DNA of 64,000 bases from contig OZ243916.1 in the NCBI GenBank assembly GCA_965213675.1, forward strand, positions 2,112,001-2,176,000, given 5' to 3'. Shown piece after piece: positions 34,874 to 44,707 of the stretch. Made by a program: the position numbers and the translations under genes. The first letter of the stretch is position 1; each line of letters opens with the position of its first letter. This DNA comes from an uncultured Candidatus Binatia bacterium. Its GTDB lineage: Bacteria; Desulfobacterota; Binatia; UBA9968; JAJDTQ01. The notes beneath the pieces were generated by a model. The model had not been told where the DNA came from, did no database searches, and saw only the letters and a program-made list of their open reading frames with translations.

Positions 34874-36154
34874 ATGATACGCCGGATACAAGCTCGAAAT
34901 TTCTGCTGCCTGCGGTTCGCGGACGTGGCCCTGGATCGCTTTCACGTGCTGGTCGGACCCAACGCTAGCGGTAAGAGCACACTCCTCGACGTCATTTCGT
35001 TCCTGGGAGACATGGTGTCCGAAGGGCTCGAAGGGGCAGTCGAAAAACGCACCCAGAACTTTCAGGACCTCGTATGGCGACGGCCGAAGAAAGATTTGGG
35101 GTTTGAGCTTGCGGTAGAGTTCGACATCCCCGAAGACGAAAAAAGACAACTGCCTCAAGAGAAGGGGTTCGAACGTTTTCGTTACGAAGTCTCCATTAAG
35201 GAGGACACCGGACGCGTTCGAATCGATTCCGAGAGGGGTCTCCTGATGACCGGCGGAGATGTCCGTCCTCATCAGGAGGTGCTGAAGTTCCCCGCTCCCG
35301 CCACTGGCCCAGACACCATTCTACTTGGTGGCAGGCGGCCCGGGGCACGAACGATCCTGAGCAAGTCGAGGGAAGCGCGCGACAATTTCAACGTCGAGAT
35401 TGCGGAGAAAGCCGGCAAAGGATGGGCGATCAGTATCTCGTTCGGTCCTACCCGATCCACGTTGGGCAACCTTCCAGAGTCTCCCGAACGATTTCCTGTG
35501 TCCACCCGGATCAAGCGTCTACTCGAATCCGGCTTGCAGCCGCTGTTTCTGGACAGCGCTCGAATGCGACAACCCACTCCACCGATACGTCGACGGCAGG
35601 TCTTCGCGTCCGATGGCTCAAATCTACCCCGCATCATCCTCCAACTTCGAGAGGAAAACTACACGGCATTTGGAGATTGGTTGGCCCACGTCCGTGCTGC
35701 CCTTCCTGACATTGAAGACATCCGTGTGATTGAGCGCGAAGACGATCGCCACTCCTACCTGATGCTTCGCTATTCGACGGGGGTGGAGGTTCCTTCGTGG
35801 AAGGTGTCCGACGGCACATTGCGGCTTCTCGCGTTGACCCTGCCAGCGTATCTCTCGGACCCCAACAAGATCTACTTGATGGAAGAGCCGGAAAACGGAT
35901 TGCATCCTGGGGTGATCCAGGACGTGTACGATGCTCTGTCCTCGGTGTACGACTCACAGGTGTTGCTTGCGACACACTCGCCCATGTTTCTGAGCCACGC
36001 CGACCTTGATCAGGTCCTGTGCATTGCAAAGGATGAAGAAGGCGCAACCGATGTCATCCCAGCTCGAGCACACCCGGGCCTGAAAGACTGGCAAGGCGAT
36101 CCAAATCTGAGCGTCTTCTTCGCGGCGGGAGTCCTCGGTGGCAACCAGCCCTGA
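34874..36154 (+). CDS. ABC/AAA_21-type ATPase, MAD3-like
   Basis: Walker A 'GPNASGKST', signature 'VSDGTLR', Walker B 'LMEEPENGLHP', H-loop 'ATHSP'; visibly lower GC than the flanks. Confidence 0.8.
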   Translation: MIRRIQARNFCCLRFADVALDRFHVLVGPNASGKSTLLDVISFLGDMVSEGLEGAVEKRTQNFQDLVWRRPKKDLGFELAVEFDIPEDEKRQLPQEKGFERFRYEVSIKEDTGRVRIDSERGLLMTGGDVRPHQEVLKFPAPATGPDTILLGGRRPGARTILSKSREARDNFNVEIAEKAGKGWAISISFGPTRSTLGNLPESPERFPVSTRIKRLLESGLQPLFLDSARMRQPTPPIRRRQVFASDGSNLPRIILQLREENYTAFGDWLAHVRAALPDIEDIRVIEREDDRHSYLMLRYSTGVEVPSWKVSDGTLRLLALTLPAYLSDPNKIYLMEEPENGLHPGVIQDVYDALSSVYDSQVLLATHSPMFLSHADLDQVLCIAKDEEGATDVIPARAHPGLKDWQGDPNLSVFFAAGVLGGNQP

Positions 36155-36779
36155 CCTCCCGGACCTAGTCATTCTTGCGGCTGACAAACACATCGCCGCG
36201 TCCTTGAAGGTACTGATAGGGCAGCGCCACGCCGATCTCGGGATGGGCCCGATCACTTTCGACGTCCTGCGGCATCCCGAATCGGATCCTGGGTGTCGGA
36301 CCAAGGCGGTGGAGTTCCTTCGTCCCTTCATCAATCGATATCGTCGGGCGCTCGTTGTCTTTGACCGCAAGGGCTGCGGCAGCCGTTCCCCGCGGGAAAC
36401 GATTCAGAATGAAGTCGAAACTGCCCTCAATCGCAATGGTTGGGGGGAGCGCTCAAAGGTCATCGTCATAGCGCCGGAACTTGAGTCGTGGGTCTGGAGT
36501 CCGTCCGAGAGCGTAGCGCAGGCGCTCGGATGGGAACAAGACTTCGGCTCGCTTCGAAACTGGCTCGAAACAGAGGGCCTCTGGCCTGCACAACGGTTCA
36601 AACCCTCCGACCCGAAGAAGGCGATGGAACAAGCCCTTCGCCGAAAAAAGAAGGTGCGGTCTTCAGCGCTGTTCACGGGATTGGCAACCTCTGTGCAGTT
36701 TGCCGGCTGCCGCGATCCCGCCTTTATGGAGCTTGGAAGGATTCTTCAAAACTGGTTTCCGCTGAGACCGGGTCAATAA
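36138..36779 (+). CDS. MAD4-like / DUF4276-like (TOPRIM-related) partner protein
   Basis: 'DLVILAADK', 'HPESDPGC', 'ALVVFDRKGCG', 'PELESWVW', 'KPSDPK', 'CRDPAF'; overlaps the ATPase stop. Family recognised from memory. Confidence 0.65.
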   Translation: MATSPDLPDLVILAADKHIAASLKVLIGQRHADLGMGPITFDVLRHPESDPGCRTKAVEFLRPFINRYRRALVVFDRKGCGSRSPRETIQNEVETALNRNGWGERSKVIVIAPELESWVWSPSESVAQALGWEQDFGSLRNWLETEGLWPAQRFKPSDPKKAMEQALRRKKKVRSSALFTGLATSVQFAGCRDPAFMELGRILQNWFPLRPGQ

Positions 36780-36865
36780 ATGGCAAGGACAGAATCTCAG
36801 CCGGTAGCCGGGGTTGATGTGCGGTCCTGAGGTAATCCCAAGTACGACCTGAACCTTGCGCTAAC

Positions 36866-36893
36866 TTGACACTCTAGCGGCAAGGCTGATAGT
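36866..36893 (+). promoter_or_regulatory. Possible sigma70 promoter
   Basis: TTGACA, 16-bp spacer, GATAGT, upstream of the beta-propeller gene. Confidence 0.35.
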
Positions 36894-36960
36894 GGTCGGC
36901 TAGTTTTCCGGACCCTAAAATCCGTCCACTTATGTGCCAACCCCGCGGGAGGAGACCCCC

Positions 36961-37938
36961 ATGAGCGATACGAACGGTCACACGAAGGCGCTTCACGTCA
37001 TGACCCATTCCGGGTGGTACCGCTTCGAGAAGAACGGCGATTCGTGGAGCCAGGTGGAACGGGACCTGACGTTCTGGAACCTGAGTTGCATCACGGTCGA
37101 TCCGGAGGACCCGCGGACCGTGTACGGGGGCACCGAGCACTCGGGACTGTTCTACACCCACGACGGCGGCGAGAGCTGGACCCGGTCCACCCCCAACGTG
37201 CCGCACCTCGACATCTTCTCGCTGTGGGCGCTGCCGGGATCGCTTTTCGTCGGCACCCGCCCGGCGGCGCTGTTTCACGGCGCTCCCGGAAAGGGCTGGC
37301 AGGAGCTGCCGGGCGTGCGCGAGGGCGGCGCCTGCGGGGTGTTCCCCCCGAACCCGGCCCAGGCGCCCCGCACCCGCTATCTCACCAACGACCCTTCCTC
37401 GCCGTCGCGGCTCTACGCCGGCATCGAGGTAGGCGGACTGCTCGTGAGCGACGACAAGGGCCAGGACTGGAACACCGCCAACGAAGGCCTGTGGGACCGC
37501 GACATCCATCAACTGCACCACTGCAAGCATGAACCCGAGATGGTGGTGGCCGCCTGCGGCGAAGGGGTTTTCCGGAGCCGCGACCGGGCCGCCCACTGGG
37601 AGGAGATCACGCCGTCCGACACCCGCACCTACGGCACCACCATCAACGAGACCGATGACGGCAGCTTGTACCTCGGAGTCACGCTGGGACGTCCCAACAC
37701 CTGGGTGCGCAAGGTGCGGGCCAGCGCGGCCATTCTGCGGAGCGAGCGCGGCGGCGCCAACTGGAAGACGCTGGCCGAGGACCTCAACGGCGGGATCATG
37801 GACACCGTGCCCGACCCCGACGGCCCCGGCATCATCGCCGCCACCTCCGAAGGCGAGATCATGATCGTCGAGGAATCGGGCTGCCGCACGATAGCCAGCG
37901 GGCTGCCGTGCATCAACGAGATCGCCATCGGCGCGTAG
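36961..37938 (+). CDS. BNR/Asp-box repeat beta-propeller protein
   Basis: Repeated 'T.DGGESW', 'SDDKGQDW', 'SRDRAAHW', 'SERGGANW'; GGAGGAG RBS. Confidence 0.8.
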   Translation: MSDTNGHTKALHVMTHSGWYRFEKNGDSWSQVERDLTFWNLSCITVDPEDPRTVYGGTEHSGLFYTHDGGESWTRSTPNVPHLDIFSLWALPGSLFVGTRPAALFHGAPGKGWQELPGVREGGACGVFPPNPAQAPRTRYLTNDPSSPSRLYAGIEVGGLLVSDDKGQDWNTANEGLWDRDIHQLHHCKHEPEMVVAACGEGVFRSRDRAAHWEEITPSDTRTYGTTINETDDGSLYLGVTLGRPNTWVRKVRASAAILRSERGGANWKTLAEDLNGGIMDTVPDPDGPGIIAATSEGEIMIVEESGCRTIASGLPCINEIAIGA

Positions 37939-37958
37939 CTTGACCGTCCACACCCACC

Positions 37959-37984
37959 GTACGGCCCCGCCCGCGGGGCCGTAC
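37959..37984. terminator. GC-rich hairpin after the propeller gene
   Basis: GTACGGCCCCG-CCCG-CGGGGCCGTAC; no U-tract. Confidence 0.45.
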
Positions 37985-38011
37985 CCCATTCCATCCCGGG
38001 ACCCCTGACCT

Positions 38012-39196
38012 GTGCCGGCTACCGCGACTCCCGAGTCCGACCGGACCGACTGGGGGTCCGTACTGGTCGCGGCCCTCTCCGCGGTGGGGCCGGCCATGGT
38101 GGTGGCGGTGATGGGAATCGGGCTGCCGGAGATCCGGGCCAGCCTCGAACTCTCCGAGGTCTGGGCGGGCACCCTCTTTACCGCCATCTTCGTGGTCGCG
38201 GCGTGCGCGAGCTGGTCGGCCGGACGCCTTTCCGACAACCTGGGCCGGCGCAGGGTCCTGGTCTTGAGCGGACTTGCCCTGGGCGCCGGTTTCGGCCTGG
38301 TATCCACCGTCCGAAGCTACGGAGCCGCGGTCGCCTTGCTGGCCTTGGCCGGTCTGGGATACGGCGCCATCACCGCCTCGGTCCTGTCCCTGGTGTCGGA
38401 CCTCCTGCCGTCGCGACGGGGACTGGGAATGGGCCTGCTCTCCGCTACCTACGGGCTCGGCAGCGTCAGCGGACCCATCGTGGCTGCCGCCATCATCCAG
38501 CGTGTCGGCTGGCGCGGGGCCACCGCCACCGTGGGGTGCATCGCCGCCGGCATCGCGTTGATCCAGTGGCTGCGCATCAGGGAACCGGCCCGGGCGCAGG
38601 CCGCTCCTCGCGCGGCGAGCGCCCGAAAGCCGCGGATGATGAACCGGAACATGATCATCCTGGCCGCCGCGCAGTTCTTCGGCGGCTCGGTGTTCTGGAT
38701 CACCTCGTCCTGGACCCCGACGTTTCTCCGCGAGGCCGTAAAGCTGACCCTCGACGAGGCGGGTCTGGTCATGGCGGCCTGGGGAGCCACCCCGATTCTC
38801 GGAGCCCTGGTGCTGGGGATGCTGTCCGACCGCGTGGGACGGAAGCGCATCATTCTCATGGGCGCCTTTCCCGGCGTTCTGGTGGTGCTGGCCGTGTACG
38901 GCTGGCTTACCCACCCGTTGTCCCTGGCCGCGGGTATCTGTCTCCTGGGTCTGTCCAAGTCGCCGGTGCCCTCGCTGGTGGTGGCCCTGGCGCAGGACTC
39001 CACGGCCAAGGGCCGGGTGGGCGAGGCGAGCGGCCTCATCATGTCCATGCACTACGTGGCGGCCCAAACCACCCCGGTAGCCATGGGCCTGCTCATCACG
39101 TGGCTCGACAACATGACGCTGGCCATGCTCCTGGGCTCGTCGGTGGCGTTCGCCGTGTTCGGCATCCTCGTCACCAGCGTTCGGGAACGTACTTGA
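38012..39196 (+). CDS. MFS transporter
   Basis: About 12 TM segments; motif A twice ('GRLSDNLGRRR', 'GMLSDRVGRKR'). Confidence 0.85.
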   Translation: MPATATPESDRTDWGSVLVAALSAVGPAMVVAVMGIGLPEIRASLELSEVWAGTLFTAIFVVAACASWSAGRLSDNLGRRRVLVLSGLALGAGFGLVSTVRSYGAAVALLALAGLGYGAITASVLSLVSDLLPSRRGLGMGLLSATYGLGSVSGPIVAAAIIQRVGWRGATATVGCIAAGIALIQWLRIREPARAQAAPRAASARKPRMMNRNMIILAAAQFFGGSVFWITSSWTPTFLREAVKLTLDEAGLVMAAWGATPILGALVLGMLSDRVGRKRIILMGAFPGVLVVLAVYGWLTHPLSLAAGICLLGLSKSPVPSLVVALAQDSTAKGRVGEASGLIMSMHYVAAQTTPVAMGLLITWLDNMTLAMLLGSSVAFAVFGILVTSVRERT

Positions 39197-39419
39197 CGCG
39201 GCAGTCCCGCGCGGCTTTTTCCGCGTCCGTTTCCGACCAACCATCTCGAACATTCCCATTGCACGGGCAGACGGGCTGTCGTAATGTTGTTGGGCGCGCC
39301 GCATCCTTGCAGGCGCGTTGTGCCAACGAGTTTGGCAATACGATGGACCGCAATTTTTCGGAGGCGGCACAGCCGCTGATCGAGCGGATGACAAACAGTT
39401 CATAAACAAGGGGGATCTC

Positions 39420-40568
39420 ATGAATCGTCGTGACTTTCTTACCGGAGCAGCCGCCGGCGTCGTGGTGGGCGCCGGCGCAACCGCGGCCGTCATGTCCGGC
39501 CGGCAAGAGGCCCCGGCCCCCGTGGCCAAGGCGCCCGAAGCCCCCGCCATCGTGAAGGACCGCATCGAAGTCGCCATCGTCACCACCTGGCCGCGCGATT
39601 TCCCCGGCCTCGGCACCGGGGCGCAACGCTTTGCCAAACGCGTGCAGGACATGAGCGACGGCCGCATCCAGGTGAGTTATTTCGCCGCGGGCGAGCGCGT
39701 CGGCGCTTTCGACTCGTTCGACGAGGTGGCTTCCGGGAATGCGCAGGCCTATCACGCCGCCGACTACTACTGGAAAGGCAAGCACCCCGGCTGGGCCTAC
39801 TTCACGGCGGTGCCTTTCGGTCTCACGTATACGGAGATGAACGCCTGGATCCGTTTCGGCGGCGGGCAGGAACTCTGGGACGAACTGGCCGGGGAGTTCG
39901 GCATCAAGGGTCTCATGTGCGGCAACACCGGCGTCCAGATGGGCGGCTGGTTCCGAAAGGAGATCAACAGCGCCGACGACCTCAAGGGCCTCAAGATGCG
40001 TATCCCGGGCTTGGGAGGCGACGTCATGGCAAAGCTCGGCGCCTCGCCGGTCTCCCTTCCGGGCGGCCAGATCTACGAGAACCTGGTTTCGGGCGCCATC
40101 GACGCCACCGAATGGGTGGGGCCGTGGAACGACGAGGTCATGAAGTTCTACGAAGCGGCCAAGTACTACTACTACCCCGGAATGCACGAGCCCGGCTCGA
40201 TGCTGTCGGCTGGCTTCAACAAGAAGTTCTGGGAGGGGTTGTCGGAGTCCGATCAGGCGCTGATCGAGGCCGCGGCCTCAATGGAGAACGACGTGATGAT
40301 GGCCGAGTACAACGCCAAGAACGGCGCGGCGCTGGCCCGGCTGACCCGTGATCAGGGCGTCGAGGTGCGCAAGTTCAACGACGAGATCTACAACTCGTTC
40401 GGAAAGGCGGCCAAGGAAGTCTTCGACGGCGTGGTGACCCACAGCGATCTCGCCAAGCGCATCCACGACAGCTTCGACAAGGCGCGCCGGGAGGTCGGTG
40501 GCTGGTCGAACATCTCGGACCAGGCCTACGTGGAGCAGCGCAACCGCGTGCTGGGCGTCTCCGGCTAG
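39420..40568 (+). CDS. dctP: TRAP transporter substrate-binding protein (DctP/TakP-like), Tat-exported
   Basis: 'MNRRDFL' Tat motif; 'GNTGVQMGGWFRKEI', 'GLKMRIPGLGG', 'IDATEWVGP'. Confidence 0.92.
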   Translation: MNRRDFLTGAAAGVVVGAGATAAVMSGRQEAPAPVAKAPEAPAIVKDRIEVAIVTTWPRDFPGLGTGAQRFAKRVQDMSDGRIQVSYFAAGERVGAFDSFDEVASGNAQAYHAADYYWKGKHPGWAYFTAVPFGLTYTEMNAWIRFGGGQELWDELAGEFGIKGLMCGNTGVQMGGWFRKEINSADDLKGLKMRIPGLGGDVMAKLGASPVSLPGGQIYENLVSGAIDATEWVGPWNDEVMKFYEAAKYYYYPGMHEPGSMLSAGFNKKFWEGLSESDQALIEAAASMENDVMMAEYNAKNGAALARLTRDQGVEVRKFNDEIYNSFGKAAKEVFDGVVTHSDLAKRIHDSFDKARREVGGWSNISDQAYVEQRNRVLGVSG

Positions 40569-40577
40569 ACATCCGGG

Positions 40578-40605
40578 ACTACGGGCCGGCTCCCCGGCCC
40601 GTAGT
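40578..40605 (+). terminator. Perfect 12-bp stem-loop between dctP and dctQ (mRNA-stabilising or attenuating)
   Basis: ACTACGGGCCGG-CTCC-CCGGCCCGTAGT. Confidence 0.6.
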
Positions 40606-40631
40606 GTGACGCGACACCAGATTTTACAACA

Positions 40632-41639
40632 GTGGCACAGGCTTGGTGGGACGCGGGCGGCGGATGGCCCGAAACGAAAAATGCGCTCTACCGCGCGTTC
40701 GCGTTGTCGCTGGCCGCGACCACGTTCGTTTTCCTTCTCAACAACTATCTGATCTTCTGGCAGGACTGGCCCGGCGTCGGGGGCATCCTCGAGCGGGCCG
40801 CACTCGCCCGGACAACGGTCTTCCAGGCGTGGCTGCAACTCGCCAGCTACGTCCTGACGGTGGCCGTCATCACCGTCATTGCGTTCATGACCCGGCAGCG
40901 GCCGTTCGCGTCGGACGCGGCGCTGCTCAGTTCCGTCACCGCCTACGTCATCGCCGCAGCCTTCTGGTCGACGTTCTTCATCGGCGTCGTCGACGGCGCC
41001 ATCTCGTTCCTGCGCGTGGAAGGGCTGCTGGCCTCGATGTTTGGCGAGGCGCTGGCTCAGCGGCTGGGCATCTCGAGCTTCCGCGGCACCTACGTGCATG
41101 TGCCGCTGATCCTGGCCGCGACGGTGGTGGCGTGCTTCAAGCGCGGGCTCGACTTCATCTGGCTCTCGCTGCTGGTGGTGGTCGCCGAGTTCCAGATCGT
41201 CATCGCGCGCTTCATCTTCTCCTATGAACAGGCCTTCATGGGCGACCTGGTCCGTTTCTGGTATGCCGCCCTGTTCCTGTTCGCCAGCGCGCACACCCTT
41301 GTGGCGGAAGGCCACGTGCGCGTGGACGTGCTGTTCACCCATTTCGACGAGAGGCGCAAGGCGCTGGTCAACGCGTGGGGTTCGCTGGTGCTGGGCGTGC
41401 CGTTGTGCTGGACCATTCTTGGCGTCGGCATGTCGAGCAAGGCCTCGGTCATCAACACCCCCTTGCTTTACTTCGAGACCTCGCAGAGCGGCTTCGGTCT
41501 TTACGTCAAGTACCTGATGGCGGGATTCCTCGCCGTGTACGCGGTCTCCATGATGACGCAGTTCCTGGCCTACTTCCTGAACGCCATGGCGGTCCTCCGG
41601 GGCGAAGGCCCGAACCACCCGACACCCGAGCCGTCCTGA
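40632..41639 (+). CDS. dctQ: TRAP small permease DctQ with N-terminal membrane extension
   Basis: 'ARFIF', 'LFLFASAHTL..EGHVRVDV'; about twice the usual length. Confidence 0.8.
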   Translation: MAQAWWDAGGGWPETKNALYRAFALSLAATTFVFLLNNYLIFWQDWPGVGGILERAALARTTVFQAWLQLASYVLTVAVITVIAFMTRQRPFASDAALLSSVTAYVIAAAFWSTFFIGVVDGAISFLRVEGLLASMFGEALAQRLGISSFRGTYVHVPLILAATVVACFKRGLDFIWLSLLVVVAEFQIVIARFIFSYEQAFMGDLVRFWYAALFLFASAHTLVAEGHVRVDVLFTHFDERRKALVNAWGSLVLGVPLCWTILGVGMSSKASVINTPLLYFETSQSGFGLYVKYLMAGFLAVYAVSMMTQFLAYFLNAMAVLRGEGPNHPTPEPS

Positions 41640-41641
41640 CC

Positions 41642-44299
41642 GTGGAGCATTTCTTCCTCGCACTTCTGGTGCTGGTCATGGCCGCGGCCCTGGCCTCCGG
41701 TTTTCCGGTGGCCTTCTCGCTGCCCGGCTCGGCCATCCTGACCATCGGGCTGGCCGCGGTCGCCGGCTACATCTTCACCGGCGACACCCACTCCTTCTTC
41801 GCCCAGGACGGACCGATCCAGTGGCTCACCGCCGGCGTCACCAATTTCCGCGGTGTCTACTGGGAGGTCGAACGCGACACCATCATCGCGGTGCCGCTGT
41901 TCGTGTTCATGGGCATCATGCTCCAGCGCTCCAAGATCGCCGAGGACCTGCTGGTGACCATGGCGCGCCTGTTCGGGCCGATCCCGGGCGGCCTCGGCAT
42001 CTCGGTGGTGCTGGTGGGAGCGCTGCTCGCCGCCACCACCGGCATTCTCGGGGCTACCGTCGTGGCCATGGGGCTGATCTCGCTGCCCGCCATGCTGCGC
42101 AACGGCTACTCGCGACAACTCGCCACCGGCACCATCTCCGCGGCGGGCACCCTGGGGCAGATCATCCCGCCCTCCGTCGTGCTCATCATCCTGGCCGACC
42201 AACTCTCCAACGCCACCGACCAGGCGAGCACGCTGCGGCTGGTGGACTACAAGGCCGCCACCGGCAACTTCGTCATGCCCACGGAGTTCGACATCACCTC
42301 GGCCAGCGCGGGCGACATGTTCCTGGGCGCCATCGTCCCCGGACTGGTGCTGGTGAGCCTGTACGTCATGTACATTCTCGCGGTGGCGCTCATACGGCCG
42401 GGCATGGCTCCCGCCATCCCCTTGGAGGGGCGTTTCGACCGCGATTTCGCCGTCCGCGTGGTGCTGGCGCTGGTGCCGCCCCTGGCGCTGATCCTGGCCG
42501 TTCTCGGGTCCATCATCGCCGGCATCGCTACGGTCAACCAGGCCGGCGCCATCGGCGCGGTGGGCGCCACCATCATGGCAGGCTACCGCCTGACCGAAGG
42601 ACAGCGTGGATCCTACACGCCGGCAATCATCGCGGGCGCCTCCCTCATCGCCTTGTCCATCCTGCTGGCCACCGTGGACCTGAACGTCCGCACCATCCAC
42701 AGCGTGTCCGAGGCCGTGGGCGTGGCGGCCGCGGCCATCGCGGTGGCCGGACTGTTAGTCTCCGTGGCCTGGAGCGGCTGGCGCGCCTACCGCACGGAGA
42801 ACATGCTCGCCGGCGTCATGGTGGAGACCGCCAAGACCACCGCCATGGTCTTCATCATCCTGCTGGGCGCGGCGATGCTCACGGCGGCCTTCCGGGGCTT
42901 TGGCGGCGAGGAGCTGGTGAAGGAGTTCCTGACCACCCTGCCCGGGGGTTTCTGGACCCAGTTCATCGTGGTCATGGCGGTGATATTCATCCTCGGCTTC
43001 TTCCTCGACTTCATCGAGATCGCGGTGGTGGTGGTGCCCATCGTGGCGCCGATCCTGCTGTCGGACCCCTCCGCCAACATCACCGCGGTGTGGCTCGGCG
43101 TCATGATCGGCGTCAACATGCAGACATCCTTCCTGACGCCGCCGTTCGGCTTCGCCCTGTTCTACCTGCGCGGCGTCGCCCCGCCCTCGGTGTTGACCAC
43201 GGACATCTACCGGGGAGTGGTGGCGTTCATTGCGCTGCAACTCGTCGCCCTGGGCATCGTCGGGTTCTATCCTCCCCTGGTGAACTACCTGCCAGCGCGC
43301 ACCTCGCTCACCGGCGAGACCGCGCCGCCGCCCCGGAACCCACGCCTCCAGCGCTGCCTGGAACAGCATCTCTTCGAGATCTACGACCGCGACGGCGAAG
43401 CCATACGTGCGAGCATCCGGACCGCGCAGGGCCTCGACACGAGCTATCTGCCGGACAGGATGCGCCGAAGCCTGGCAACCGGCATGGAAAAGGCGGCTCG
43501 GACCTTCGACCTGGTTGCGGAAGTGCGCCGCACCGACGCGGAACGAAGCGCCTTCGGCGAGACCTACAAGTCCACCCATGCCGTGGTCCGGCGCATCAAC
43601 GCGGACGAACGGCGCATCGACCGCGAGGTCCGCGAGATCCGCACCACCATCCGGCGGCTGGGACGCGATGCCGACGCCGAGGTGGTGGCGGCGTTGCGCC
43701 ATGAGGTCGAGGAGTTGACGAGGCGGAGGGCCGAACTGGAGGCGGCGCGCCCCGAGGGCGAGAAGGAGCTGCGCAAGCGTTACCTGGCGCTCGAGAAGAA
43801 GGAGAGCACCGCCCGGCGCAACTACCGGCGCAATGTCGACGACGCCGCTTCCTCCGTGCTCACGGTGCGCGAGATGCTGGCCAAGGTGCCGGAGCTGGAA
43901 TCCGCGGGCGCGAGCCTCAAGGCACTGCCGGAGATAGTGAACACGCAACCCGCCCAACAGGCGGGTTCAGCGATCCGTGACGCCGAGCGCTCGCTGCGAA
44001 CGGTTCCCGGAACCCACGACTTGCGGGACACCCTCTCAAAGGCGCGTTCCGACCTGAGGCGGGACGGGTCCGGCCGCCAGCGCGCCGAGAAGCGGCTGGG
44101 CGAGGCGTTGGCCCGGTTGGAGCGCGAAATCGAATGGCGCACGCGCGCCGCCCGAAACCTCGACCCTGGGCTGGCCGATTACGAGCGCGCCCTGCGCGAC
44201 ACCATCGGAATCCGCCAGCTCGAGCGGCTGCCGACGCACGTCGCCAAGGAAGTAGCGTCCTGCCTGTCGCACCACCGCGACATCTCGTTGAGCTTCTAG
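41642..44299 (+). CDS. dctM: TRAP large permease DctM with a long soluble C-terminal extension
   Basis: 'GFPVAF', 'AVPLFVFMG', 'GTLGQIIPPS', 'LGFFLDFIEI', 'MQTSFLTPPFGFALFYLRG', then about 330 hydrophilic helical residues. Confidence 0.88.
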   Translation: MEHFFLALLVLVMAAALASGFPVAFSLPGSAILTIGLAAVAGYIFTGDTHSFFAQDGPIQWLTAGVTNFRGVYWEVERDTIIAVPLFVFMGIMLQRSKIAEDLLVTMARLFGPIPGGLGISVVLVGALLAATTGILGATVVAMGLISLPAMLRNGYSRQLATGTISAAGTLGQIIPPSVVLIILADQLSNATDQASTLRLVDYKAATGNFVMPTEFDITSASAGDMFLGAIVPGLVLVSLYVMYILAVALIRPGMAPAIPLEGRFDRDFAVRVVLALVPPLALILAVLGSIIAGIATVNQAGAIGAVGATIMAGYRLTEGQRGSYTPAIIAGASLIALSILLATVDLNVRTIHSVSEAVGVAAAAIAVAGLLVSVAWSGWRAYRTENMLAGVMVETAKTTAMVFIILLGAAMLTAAFRGFGGEELVKEFLTTLPGGFWTQFIVVMAVIFILGFFLDFIEIAVVVVPIVAPILLSDPSANITAVWLGVMIGVNMQTSFLTPPFGFALFYLRGVAPPSVLTTDIYRGVVAFIALQLVALGIVGFYPPLVNYLPARTSLTGETAPPPRNPRLQRCLEQHLFEIYDRDGEAIRASIRTAQGLDTSYLPDRMRRSLATGMEKAARTFDLVAEVRRTDAERSAFGETYKSTHAVVRRINADERRIDREVREIRTTIRRLGRDADAEVVAALRHEVEELTRRRAELEAARPEGEKELRKRYLALEKKESTARRNYRRNVDDAASSVLTVREMLAKVPELESAGASLKALPEIVNTQPAQQAGSAIRDAERSLRTVPGTHDLRDTLSKARSDLRRDGSGRQRAEKRLGEALARLEREIEWRTRAARNLDPGLADYERALRDTIGIRQLERLPTHVAKEVASCLSHHRDISLSF

Positions 44300-44352
44300 A
44301 CCAATTTCCCGGCGTGTTGGATGGACACGACAATGGCAATGAAGCCCCCAAC

Positions 44353-44707
44353 CCATCATTTCCGCCTCTCCGCCATTCCAGCACTACCTTCGGTCTTCCC
44401 CGCGGACCTATCCACCATTCCCGCACTACTTTCCGTCTTCCCCGCAGACCCTTCCGTCATTCCCGCGAAAGCGGGAATCCAGGGGTGGGGCGGAGGGGCG
44501 CTACAGCGGTCTTTCCCCACCGCACCCCTCCTGGATTCCCGCTTTCGCGGGAATGACGGAAGAAGGGGCGGGAATGACGGAAGGGTCTGCGGGAGTGACG
44601 GAAGGGTCTGCGGGGATGACGGAAGGAGGGGTGGGAATGACGGAAGGCAAGTCGGGAATGACGGAAGGAAAAGCGGAACTGACGGAAGGGGACGGAAATG
44701 ACCGAGG
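44353..44707. repeat. Mirror-image array: inverted pair of REP/dRS3-like palindromes flanked by 21-bp tandem units
   Basis: Left units such as CCGTCTTCCCCGCAGACCCTT; central GTCATTCCCGCGAAAGCGGGAATCCA and its inverse; right units GCGGGAATGACGGAAGGGTCT-like at 21-bp spacing from 44547. Confidence 0.9.

Noticed and set aside
44353-44707. CRISPR array
   Set aside because: Period is 21 bp with only 5-8 variable bases, the two halves are inverted, and no cas genes are present.
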